From positions 7,254,001-7,318,000 of the forward strand of contig JAQFVV010000003.1 of NCBI GenBank assembly GCA_028023455.1: a stretch of 64,000 nt of DNA, written 5' to 3'. The notes beneath the pieces are model-generated. The model was not told where the DNA came from. It saw nothing but the letters and a program-made list of their open reading frames with translations, and did no database searches. Origin of the DNA: Epiperipatus broadwayi (lineage: Eukaryota > Animalia > Onychophora). The translations under genes were made by a program, and so were the position numbers. Below, in pieces: positions 1 to 9,750 of the stretch (positions are counted from its first letter, which is position 1; the number at the start of each line of letters is the position of its first letter).

Positions 1-62
1 TAGTAACTTTTATCTTTATCATTTTTTTTTATATTATTCTTTTCTTAACTTGTATTTGTATC

Positions 63-523
63 TGCTATGTATGAACGTATAACGCAAAGCTACATACCTG
101 CTTATAGCATGACTCTGATAAATAAATGTAAAAAGAGCGCTACTATCATTTATCTGGTGTAGACAGAAGTGACCGATAAGTGTCCAAAGATAAATAGTGA
201 GAAGAACTGTTTTCTTTCTCTTGTGTCCTGGTTCCTTCATGCAGTTTTTTCAAATGCCTTGGATAAAATATGTCTCCAAGAAAAAGCCATATTGGAAATG
301 GTAAGGTGAGAACTATGTATAATAAACTTGTAAATAATTAGTGAACTTTTGCTAATATTAATTCATGATGAAGTATAAGTATGTATTCGTATATGTAAAT
401 ATGTTTGTGAATTTTATATTTATACTTTATTAAAATTGTAATTGTATATAAATTAAATTGTTTGCTTACATTATTTATGCTTTCTGACTGGTTTCTAAAA
501 GAGAGAAACCCTTAGATGTTGCG
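63..523 (+). repeat. 5' LTR of the Mag-like element
   Basis: Starts TGCTATGT and ends TTGCG (the 3' copy ends TTGCA). About 88-90% identical to 4409-4863 by eye. Confidence 0.93.
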
Positions 524-548
524 TAGTGGCTCAGTTATGACAGGATTG
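524..548 (+). promoter_or_regulatory. Primer-binding site, degenerate, tRNA-Ser-like
   Basis: tagtggctcagttatgacaggattgaa directly follows the 5' LTR and resembles TGGCGCAGTCGGTAGGATTCGAA. The tRNA assignment is tentative. Confidence 0.5.
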
Positions 549-654
549 AATCGTAAGCAAAGCGAAACATAAAAAAATTCTGAAAGAAACATGGCGGTAG
601 ATGCTCCAATATGCAAGTTCGATGTGAATAACAGCAACTCATGAAAAACGTATA

Positions 655-1340
655 GTGGAATATCATTTCTTCATAAATAAAATCGAAGATGACCACTATA
701 AAATTGCTACACTTTTATATTTTGTGGGACAAGACATGATACAACTAGAAAACAGGCTTACTGACCCAAAATGTCTGGAAGACCTGTCCTATCAGGAATT
801 TATAGAGAGGATAAATGCATATTTCATCCCAAAGATTTCAAAATGGATATCGCATCTTAGACTAAGGAATAGAATGCAATTACCGCAGGAAAGATATGTA
901 GATTTTGACCTTGCATTAAGAAAATTAGTTAAGGATTGCGAATTCGGGCAGGAAATTAATGACTCTTTATTAGAACAATTCCTATACGGTATGATGGATA
1001 ACAAATTTAGGAAAGTGCTTTTAAGTGATCCAGATTTAAATTACAAAACTGCCATGGATAAATGTATTGCACAGGAGGCCATGTTAAATATGGCATCAGA
1101 GTATAATATAGCAAAATTCCCAGAAAAAATAGCATTTAGTAGTGAAAGAAAAAAAATAATATCGGAACTTTCAGTGGCCACAGTAAGCAACTAAAATGCA
1201 ACTGCTGCAGAAAATTAGGACATTTTAAAAATGTTTGCAGATATAAGGACAAAGTGTGTAGGATTTGTATCATGAGATGGCACTTAGCTGCCGTCTGTCA
1301 TTCCAAAGAAGGCGAATCTCCGAGAAAGAAATTAGATTAC
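655..1340 (+). pseudogene. gag: gag with two CX2CX4HX4C zinc knuckles
   Basis: ORF 655-1194 (ERYVDFDLALRKLVKDCEFG...LLEQFLYGM), then CNCCRKLGHFKNVC and CRICIMRWHLAAVC. Interrupted by stops or frameshifts. Confidence 0.88.
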
Positions 1341-1399
1341 AATTCATGGAATGGAATGGAATGTAAAGTGTCTATCAATGCTATCAAAAGTAACAGAAA

Positions 1400-4120
1400 A
1401 AAATTGGATAACACTAGTATAGAACTACAAATTTGCAATAAACAGGTGTCAATGGAAATCTACAGTGGTGCCAGTTTGTCACTTATACTGAATAAAGACT
1501 GGATGGAGATTACAAAAGACCGTGATTATAGAAAATAAAGTGCATATTTTAGGAAAAGTTACCGTGCCAGTGATGTTGAACACAAGACGTAAATTCCTTG
1601 AATTATACATAGTTAATAATGATATTAGCCCACTATTAGGCAGAAATTGATTCATGGCTTTGGGAATACATATAGAAATATTAAAAAAAGATACACACCA
1701 ATACCCAGAATTGTTTATGCCTGGACTGTCAGAATTTAGAACTAGACCAGTGGATATTGAATTAATGAAAGATGCAAAGGAAATTATATGTAAATCATGG
1801 AAAGGGCCATTTGTGATAAGAGAAAAGTTTGAGAAAAAACTAAACGATCTTGTAGATAAAGGAGTTCTTATACCTATGGAAGAGTCATTGTGGGTGACCC
1901 CTATCATGATTATAATGAAACCAGACAGTAGTATATGGCTATGCAAAGATTATCACATTTATGATAAATAAAAAAAATAAATAAGAGAGCTTACCCTGTT
2001 CCAAATGTGCGAGATGTATTAGCAGTGTTACAGAAGGCAAACTACTTTGCAAAATTTGATTTGAAAGCAGCTTTTCACCAAATCCCAGTAACTAAGGAGA
2101 CAGCGGAGCTACTCACACTGATGACACACAAGGGTTATACAAGTGCAATAAATTACCGTACGGAATAACGATTGCACCAAATGGGTTTCAAGCAAAAATG
2201 GATATGCTGTTTCGATCAATGGATGGAGTAATCCCATATCTGGATGATATATCCTTATTGCTGAAACTGAAAAAGAGCTTGAAAAGCATGTGGATATGGT
2301 TTGGGTGGGGCTAGCCCAAGCTAAAGCAAAATTAAATGTGAAAAAATTTATGTGGTCTTCGAAGGAAATTAAATTCCTCAGACACATAGTAACTGCAAGT
2401 GGATGCCGCCCAGACCCAGAAAAGGTAAAAGCCATAAAAAATGCCAATAAACCCAGAAACATAAAGGAACTTCAAGCTTTCTTAGGACTGTTAAATTTGT
2501 ATGAGAGTTTCTTAGTTGGAAAATCACACGTGTGGTCACCACTTTATACATTATTAAAGAAAAAACAATGTTGGATGTGGAACACAGAACAAAACAAAGC
2601 TTTTGAAACAGCCAAGGACTTACTGACAGCAGAAAGTCTATTAGTGCATTATCAAAGTGACTAGGAATTTTGTATTACTGTGGATGTATCGGAATACAGT
2701 GTGGGAGCTGTTCTCACTCATCCAGGTTATGAAGGCGAACATCCTATCGCTTTTGCTTTGAGAGTGCTAACACCAGCTGAAAAAAACTATAATTGGTTGG
2801 ATAAAGAAGCTTTGGCAGTGATTTTTGCAGTGAAGAAATTCCATCAATACATGTATGGATGCAAATTTACAATCTATACCGATCATTGCCTTCTAATGGG
2901 AATTTTCGGCTGCATAAAAAAGCTATATAAATCGTCAAGCCCACGTATGTTACGGTGGATAAATATTCTATCACATTATGGTTTTACATTAATTTACAAA
3001 CCCAAAAAAAGGATCAGCCATGCTGATGCATTGTCAAGATTGCCAGACATTAAAGAAAATAGATATGAAATAAAGGAAATAAACTACATTGATGCTCTAA
3101 ATTCAGATGTGATAAATAGCAGAGTCATAGCGGACTGGACTAAAAATGACAAAGGATACCAGAGGGCTGATAAATTGGATAAAAATGGGTTGGCCATCTA
3201 GATGCCCCAGTGAATAAAATTGCGCCATTTGGATTGCCAGAAAAGCATTGTCTGTGTGTAATGGATGCATTTTAAATAATGACCATGTTCTAGTGCCTAC
3301 TGAGTGCAGAGCAAAAATCTTATTGCATAAAGGACACCCAGGAGTAGTACATATGAAAGCTATCGCTAGATCATATGTATGGTGGCCAAACTTGACAAAG
3401 GATATTGAGAACATGATAAAAGAATGCATAAGCTGCCAACAGATATCTAAACTGCCTCCAAAACAGCTTGGAACATGGGAAGTACCATCTGCTCCATGGT
3501 AATAAGTTCATATGGACCATGCTGGATCGCTAAATGGATATATAATATTGTTATTAGTAGATGCCTATTCACATTGGACAGAATACAGACTGGTTAAAGA
3601 TACCAGTGCTGAGAGTACCATCTGTATTCTAAGTGAAGTGTTTGCTACCCATGGTTACCCAGAAAGTGTTGTGACTGATAATGGTTCTGGTTTTACGTCA
3701 ACAAAATTAAAGGATTATCTAAGGGATAGAGGAATAAAGCATACTCTTACTTCACCATATCACCTGGAAAGCAATGGTATAGCTGAACAAGGAGTGCAAC
3801 ATTTAAAGAATACACTAAAGAAATTAAAAATTAGTGAACATGACAGATGCTTTAGTGCGAGCCATGTAATCACAGCATTTCATGCCAAGTACTGCAATGA
3901 GAAAAACCCCAACAGGTTTGTTAATGGATCGGAAGTGCCGGACACACCTATCACAACTTTTGCCTGAAAAACATAATACCAGAAATTTCTCATCGGATAA
4001 ATTGCTACCCGGTGAAAATGTTTGGATATACAATGTATTAAAATGTAGATGGATCCCACGAATTGTAAAACAGCTGCTATCAAAGCAAATTTGCCTGGTG
4101 GAGTAACAAAATGGAAAGTC
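1400..4120 (+). pseudogene. pol: pol (protease, RT, RNase H, integrase), fragmented
   Basis: MEIYSGAS (protease DSGA mutated), PYLDDI near 2235-2250, FLGLLNLY, DVSEYSVGAVL, DKEALAVIFAVKKFHQY, HKGHPG...CISC, DHAG/TDNG/ESNGIAEQ. Many in-frame stops and frameshifts. Confidence 0.93.
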
Positions 4121-4392
4121 ATTTAGAAAACATCTAAATCATCTTCGCAACCATTGGGAAAACTCTACATCAGATGATGAGTTTGAAACCCCGTCTGATA
4201 CCAAAATAAAAGAATGTGGAGAGGAAACTAATTTGGAAAATGTATTGAGTAAAAATACTTTGAAGGATAAAGAGCTGGAGGATGTACCATGCGACCTAGT
4301 GCAAGAAGGGTTGAAAAAACCAAGAGTTTCCAGAGCACGTCTCCCACCTGTGAAATTTAAAGACTGTTTGGAGTTAAAGCCCATTTATTTCC

Positions 4393-4408
4393 AGAGTAAG
4401 GGGAGGAG
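4393..4408 (+). promoter_or_regulatory. Polypurine tract
   Basis: agagtaaggggaggag immediately precedes the TG of the 3' LTR. Confidence 0.85.
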
Positions 4409-4863
4409 TGCTATGTACGAATGTATAACGTGAAGCTACATATCTGCTTATAGAGTGACTCTGATAAATAAATGTAAAGAGAGGCTACTATCGTTTATCT
4501 TGCCCAGACAGAAGTGACCGATAAATGTCCAAAGATAAATAGCGAGGAGAACTGTTTTCTTTCTCTTGTGTCCTGTTTCCCTCGTGCAGTTTTGTCAAAT
4601 GCCTTGGATAAAATATGTCTCCAAGAAGAAGCCATATTGGAAATAGTAAAGTGAGAACTATGTATAATAAACTTGTAAATAACTAGTGAACTTTTGCTAA
4701 CGTTAATTCACAATGAATTATAAGTGTGTATTCGTATATGTAAATATTTTAGTGATTTGTTATATTTATACTTTATTAAAATTGTATATAAATTAGATTG
4801 TTCGCTTACGTTATTTATGCTTTCCGACTGGTTTCTAAAAGAGAAAAACCTTCAGACATTGCA
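4409..4863 (+). repeat. 3' LTR of the Mag-like element
   Basis: TG...CA termini, followed by the TSD GTATC. Confidence 0.93.
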
Positions 4864-5514
4864 GTATCTTACATAAATTTAAAAAAGGTTAAGTTAAGTA
4901 TTCTAACGATCAACTAATTCTATTATTTATATATATATAATGGCATATCGTTAGCATACATACGAAATTAACAAGATCTCTTCTTTTTTTTTGTACTTAT
5001 TATTTCATTGGTAATGTGGAATATATATATAAGGGAGGTATTTTAAATAAGTTTTATTTTCCAACCCGCTATAATAAAAGGCAGACGTCGTTTTTCAATA
5101 ATTTGTAATAGTTATTTTGATTTTTCGAAAGAATTCCCTCCACCTTCTCCGGTAGTTGTTGTTTTTTTTATTAAATGTTTCTAAGGAGCGAGAAATAAGT
5201 ACATGGCTATTTACTTTAACTAAACTCTATTTTCATTTTTATAATTTGACTAAGAAAGACGTTCGTATCATATATATGCGTCTATTTAATTTGTGGATTT
5301 ATAATTTTTCTACAAAAGTTCTTCGCAATTATTTGTATACTTAATAAACTAAATGCTTATTAAATAAATACGTATAGGGAGATGCAGTATATATAAGCGT
5401 CTGTTATCTAGTATTTGTAATAGAGGGGTACAGTGTGATCTTTTCTATATAATTATCTATTCAATATTCATCAAATATATGTGCGTAAATTAGTTAAATA
5501 ACGTAACTCATATA

Positions 5515-5999
5515 TAAATATAGGGAATTTGTCAGACTTGCAAGCACTCTTCAATTATCAATACTATCTCATACCACTGAAACCCATGACCCCCACACAT
5601 GTAGAAATGATAAATAATCACCAATATACGTATTTCATGCTAAACTAGCATTCATCAGTTGGTCCAGATTATCATCTTTCACATATATATATAATCAGTG
5701 CCCAGTTTATATTAAGATAGCAAATCTTCATACTTTAATGGACAGACTTCATTCTACTGCAATCTCCAACTCTTCAGCCATCCATACCATTGAAAATCTG
5801 GTGATGGAAAGCCCAAACCCCATGCTGATGTTAATATTATTGCCATGCCAATGTTGACCTCAAGTCACTCTGACCCTCATATATAAGACCTTATCCATTT
5901 AAATACATAGAAGAGAGATGGGCAGGATGCAGGTTTAATGTGTACATATTTGAAATATAGGCATTCTTCATATACCTGGAGCTTAATTGTAAATATAGG
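5515..5999 (-). mobile_element. Hammerhead-bearing ~480-bp repeat unit, copy A (retrozyme/SINE-like)
   Basis: Reverse complement of the unit repeated at 6700-7512, spanning one full period. Confidence 0.85.
5613..5674 (-). ncRNA. Type I hammerhead ribozyme, intact core
   Basis: Minus strand reads GAUAAUC-UGG-ACCAA CUGAUGA AUGCUA-GUU-UAGCAU GAAA U-ACGU-A UA / UUGGU GAUUAU. All core nucleotides are present, with a 6-bp stem II, a bulged stem I and an AUA cleavage triplet (cut between 5625 and 5624). Confidence 0.9.
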
Positions 6000-6060
6000 C
6001 AATAATATTGGCATCAGCATGGGGTTTGGCTTTCCATCATCAGAATTTTCAATGGTATTT
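6000..6060 (+). repeat. Inverted fragment of the hammerhead repeat unit
   Basis: caataatattggcatcagcatggggtttggctttccatcatcagaattttcaatggtat is the inverted copy of about 5787-5847. Confidence 0.85.
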
Positions 6061-6165
6061 GGTAAATCCGCACTTACGACTGTGCCAATGTTATAACTGC
6101 AAGTCATACTGTGCAGTCAGCAAATAATGTTATACAATTCCCACGCTGTTTTTTTCCAATGAGTG

Positions 6166-6322
6166 CTCTCCAATGAATCAGTCTGCAATCTCTCCGCTGA
6201 ATTGGTCTGCAATGAATGCTCTCCAACGAATTGGTCTGCCACGAAGCTCTCCAAATGAATTGGTCTGCAACAAAGCTCTCCAACGAATTGGTCTGCAACG
6301 AAGCTCTCCAACGAATGCTCTC
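6166..6322. repeat. ~28-bp minisatellite, about 5.5 copies
   Basis: Unit ctctccaacgaattggtctgcaacgaag starts at 6166, 6190, 6219, 6247, 6276 and 6304. Confidence 0.9.
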
Positions 6323-6490
6323 AATATCTCCACTGTGGTCTCTTTCAGCTACACCCGTAAACTACATTTCCACTGGGCACTGATCAATAACCGCCAGCAC
6401 TGACGCGAGATATCTATACTTAAATACTGCTTACTCAATACTGCTTGACTGCTCTCTACTACTCTCCATGTTACACTGTCTTTTATTGCT

Positions 6491-6621
6491 TGCTGATAAC
6501 TGTGGCAATTAATCCTTGTCCAATCAGATAACGTCTTTTATCCAGAGATATTTGCAAACAGCAAATATCTCTTGGAATTATCATCCACCATTACATTAAT
6601 TAACCTCCTCCGTTATCAGCA
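6491..6621. mobile_element. Small MITE-like foldback
   Basis: Termini tgctgataac / gttatcagca. Central perfect 11-bp stem gagatatttgc-aaaca-gcaaatatctc at 6545-6571. Confidence 0.55.
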
Positions 6622-6821
6622 CGTGATCTAAAAGCAACAGCTCGAATAAATCTAGTTTTTTCTGGAGTACACAAAAATGTCTGCCATTTTAACAAACACT
6701 ACAGTATTGATGGCTTAAGAGTTGGAGGTTACAGTAGATTGAAGTCTGGCCATTAAAGTATGAAGATTTGCTAACTTAATATAAACTCAGTGCTGATTAA
6801 ATATATGTGTAGGGCGGGGGT

Positions 6822-6882
6822 GATAATCTGGACCAACTGATGAGTATTGGTTCAGCACAAAATACGTATATTGATGATTATT
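6822..6882 (+). ncRNA. Type I hammerhead ribozyme, copy B (GAAA mutated to AAAA)
   Basis: accaa CTGATGA gtattg-gtt-cagcac AAAA tacgtata ttgat gattat. The G12 loss fits CpG deamination. Confidence 0.75.
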
Positions 6883-7299
6883 TATCTTTTCTACACAGAT
6901 GTGGTCACATGTATCAGTGGTATGTGATAGTGTGGATAGTTGAAGAGTGCTTGAAAGTCTGAGTTCAAATCCACTATATTTACAATTACACTCCAGGTAT
7001 ATGAAGAATGCCTGTATTTCAAATATTTACACATTAAGCCTGCATCCTGTCCATCCTTCTTCTATGTATTTAAATGGATAAGGTCCTATATATGAGTGGC
7101 CAGAATGACTTGAGGTCAACATGGGCATGGCAATAATAGTGACATCAGCATCGGGTTTGGGCTTTCCATCATCAGATTTTCAATGGTATGGATAACTGAA
7201 GAGTTGGAAGTTGCAGTAGATTGAAGTCTGTTCATTAAAGTATGAAGATTTTCTATCTTAATATAAACTGGGTGCTGATTGTATATATGTGTGGGAGAT

Positions 7300-7364
7300 T
7301 ATAATCTGAACCAAATGATGAGTGCTGGTTCAGCATGAAATACGTGTACTCACCAGGTGATTAT
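7300..7364 (+). ncRNA. Type I hammerhead ribozyme, copy C (C3 mutated to A, stem I 3' strand altered)
   Basis: accaa ATGATGA gtgctg-gtt-cagcat GAAA tacgtgta ctcaccaggtgattat. Confidence 0.7.
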
Positions 7365-8417
7365 TTATCTTTTCTACATTTGTGTGGTCATATGTATCAG
7401 TGGTACAAGATAGTGTGGATAGTTGAAGAGTGCTTGAAAGTTTGAGTTCAAATCCTCTATATTTACAATTAAGCTCCAGGTATATGAAGAATTCCTGTAT
7501 TTCAAATATTTAGTGATTATATAGTGTTTCTACATTTTTTTTATTGCATTTTGCTGATGAATACTGAACCTATCAGTTGCCTGGAATAGTGAATACTGTT
7601 AAAGGAGCAATGAGAAGAAAATGGACATTAAGCTATCACAAAACCCTTGGTTCCTAAATCAGGGTCACACTTAGGCAAACAGGTTCCTTTCTCTAATAAT
7701 CAATTAGAGGTGAAGTAGCTATCCATTGATCAAATTGGCATCATGATGAAGACTTTCCTATATTTTAGAGACATGCATTTAAATATATATCATAAATCAT
7801 TGAGAACCACACTGAATCTTACCCTTTTGTTTTATAATTATGCCTGTTGATATATGATTCTGTGGGTCGCTATGCCAAATCTATTGTTAAAGATTCATTG
7901 GGAATATATATATAATATAAATGAGGTTATGTTCAATTTAGTCTCTGGTTTGTTTACTAATGTTAACTTTACCATGTTCTTGCACCATAGATCAATTTCC
8001 ACAATTCTCCTCTATCTAGTCAAATTTATCCCCGTGTTTAATAATGCATACCAAATGTTTTTGTTTTTTTCTTTTATGTCAAAAATCTAAATACGACTGA
8101 ATCTTATATACATACATGGGTTCTTTTTTGTTATTTTGTAAATAATTCCTTTAAATGAATCATAAATAACTTTATGCTAACAATACACTATAATTTATAA
8201 TAGTAACCAAGTTGTAGATGTTCATTATTATATATGTGCAAACCTGATTATCACATGCTAGGATTCCTAAGAGTTGTTGTCTCTACTTGACCACTGGGTT
8301 GTATTAGAATATTAACTCTCATGAGATTAAGGAAGTGAGTCACTTAGTTAGGATCTAGAGGTGTAGATGAGGTTCGAATCCCTTTACCTATGTCTCTGGG
8401 TCAGGTTAAAGCAACTA

Positions 8418-8510
8418 TATTTTCTGACCATTGTAATATATATATATACACACACACAAGTAAATATTTTCTGACCATTGTAATATATATATATACACAC
8501 ACACAAGTAA
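8418..8510. repeat. ~47-bp perfect tandem duplication
   Basis: atattttctgaccattgtaatatatatatatacacacacacaagtaa occurs twice. Confidence 0.85.
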
Positions 8511-8999
8511 AAATTCATAGCAGAAGTTGTTTCATGATAGTCCTAATAAAGTTGGTATTGCAATAGTCAAAAGAAGACTATTCAAGATAAAGTTCGTAAA
8601 TGGACTCATATCCAAGATTTATTTATACAATTATTTATTTATACAATTATTTTAATGGACTAATTGATATTAATTATACAGATTTACGTTATAAGTGTGA
8701 TAGCACTATTTAATATTATCATAATTATTTACAAAGAAAAATGTGTGAATAAACATATTATAACATGAAAAAAGAAATTTCTAGTGAAATAAAAGCAAAT
8801 AAGTCTTAAGAAATTAGATTTCTACATCCAACTATGTTATGAGGGTGCTTTCAAAAAGAAAAAAAATAGAATTGTAGAACATCAAATATTATACTTTAAA
8901 ATTGTAATAATTTTAACTATAAAATTCACTTTAAATGTAATGTTATATATTATTTGATAATTTATATTTTGACTGATTCCATACCTTCAGAAACCTGGA

Positions 9000-9750
9000 A
9001 CTTTTGCTTTGTTTGACAAGTTGTTATGGTTTAATTTGTAAAATATGGAGCAATGAGATTTTATAAATAAAATGAAGAGACACTTGATTCATGATATTCA
9101 CCAGTTATAATAAGATGTCACTGATAAACATAACATTTAAAATATTGATGAATATAATGTTATCATGGTTAACAGAATATATGAGGATATTTAGTGATGA
9201 ACAAACTGAATAGAAGAAATATGATTATATGCCCAATTTAAAATTTTTCAAGGGCTTTTGACAGCATAATAGGAACTATCTATAGGAGAGCATAAGAGTA
9301 TTTGACATTCCACAAAAACTAATCAACTTAATAATTTGTACAGATATGTAGAATTCATAACCAAATTGGCAGTTAATTTCATATAGTTTTAACATATATT
9401 CTGGGTTAAATTTTGTTACTAATTCTGCTTAATAATCATGGAGTTTAATGTTGAGATATGGTTGAAAAATACCATTTCTCACTCAGCATTTGATAACTGA
9501 TCAAAATATCTTAGGATACACTTTTAAATGCATTGTAATTTGCAATTAATTACAATATTACAGATTCAGTCTGATACATTTGAAAAAGTACATTTAAATA
9601 CTTGGAAATTATGTTTCACATTAAAAAAAAATTATGGAAACAGAGAGCTTGATAACAGAATTCTTCTTAGCCTCTACAAAGCTTGAGTACTGAAAAATAA
9701 AAACTGCATCAATAAAATACTATGTTAATGTAGAATAACATATATCAGTG
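9000..9750 (+). mobile_element. Highly decayed RTE-like LINE RT relic
   Basis: tttttcaagggcttttgacagcataatagg (F.RAFDSI.R) is followed by tttgacattccacaaaaactaatcaactta (F.IPQKLINL), typical of RTE RT. No long ORF survives. Confidence 0.5.

Larger units (their letters stand above)
63..4863 (+). mobile_element. Full-length degenerate Ty3/Gypsy LTR retrotransposon, Mag-like
   Basis: Direct-repeat LTRs at 63-523 and 4409-4863. Identical 5-bp flanks GTATC at 58-62 and 4864-4868. Domain order gag(2xCCHC)-PR-RT(YLDD)-RNaseH-integrase. PBS-like and PPT motifs at the expected positions. Confidence 0.96.
6700..7512 (+). mobile_element. Tandem hammerhead-bearing units, copies B and C (about 1.7 units, period ~480 bp)
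   Basis: gagttgg..ttrcagtagattgaagtctg at 6719 and 7201. Each unit has a hammerhead, then an A-box (6910-6920, 7393-7403) and a B-box GAGTTCAAATCC (6961-6972, 7444-7455). Confidence 0.88.

Noticed and set aside
6166-6322. CRISPR-like 28-bp repeats
   Set aside because: The units are contiguous with no unique spacers, there are no cas genes, and the context is eukaryotic.
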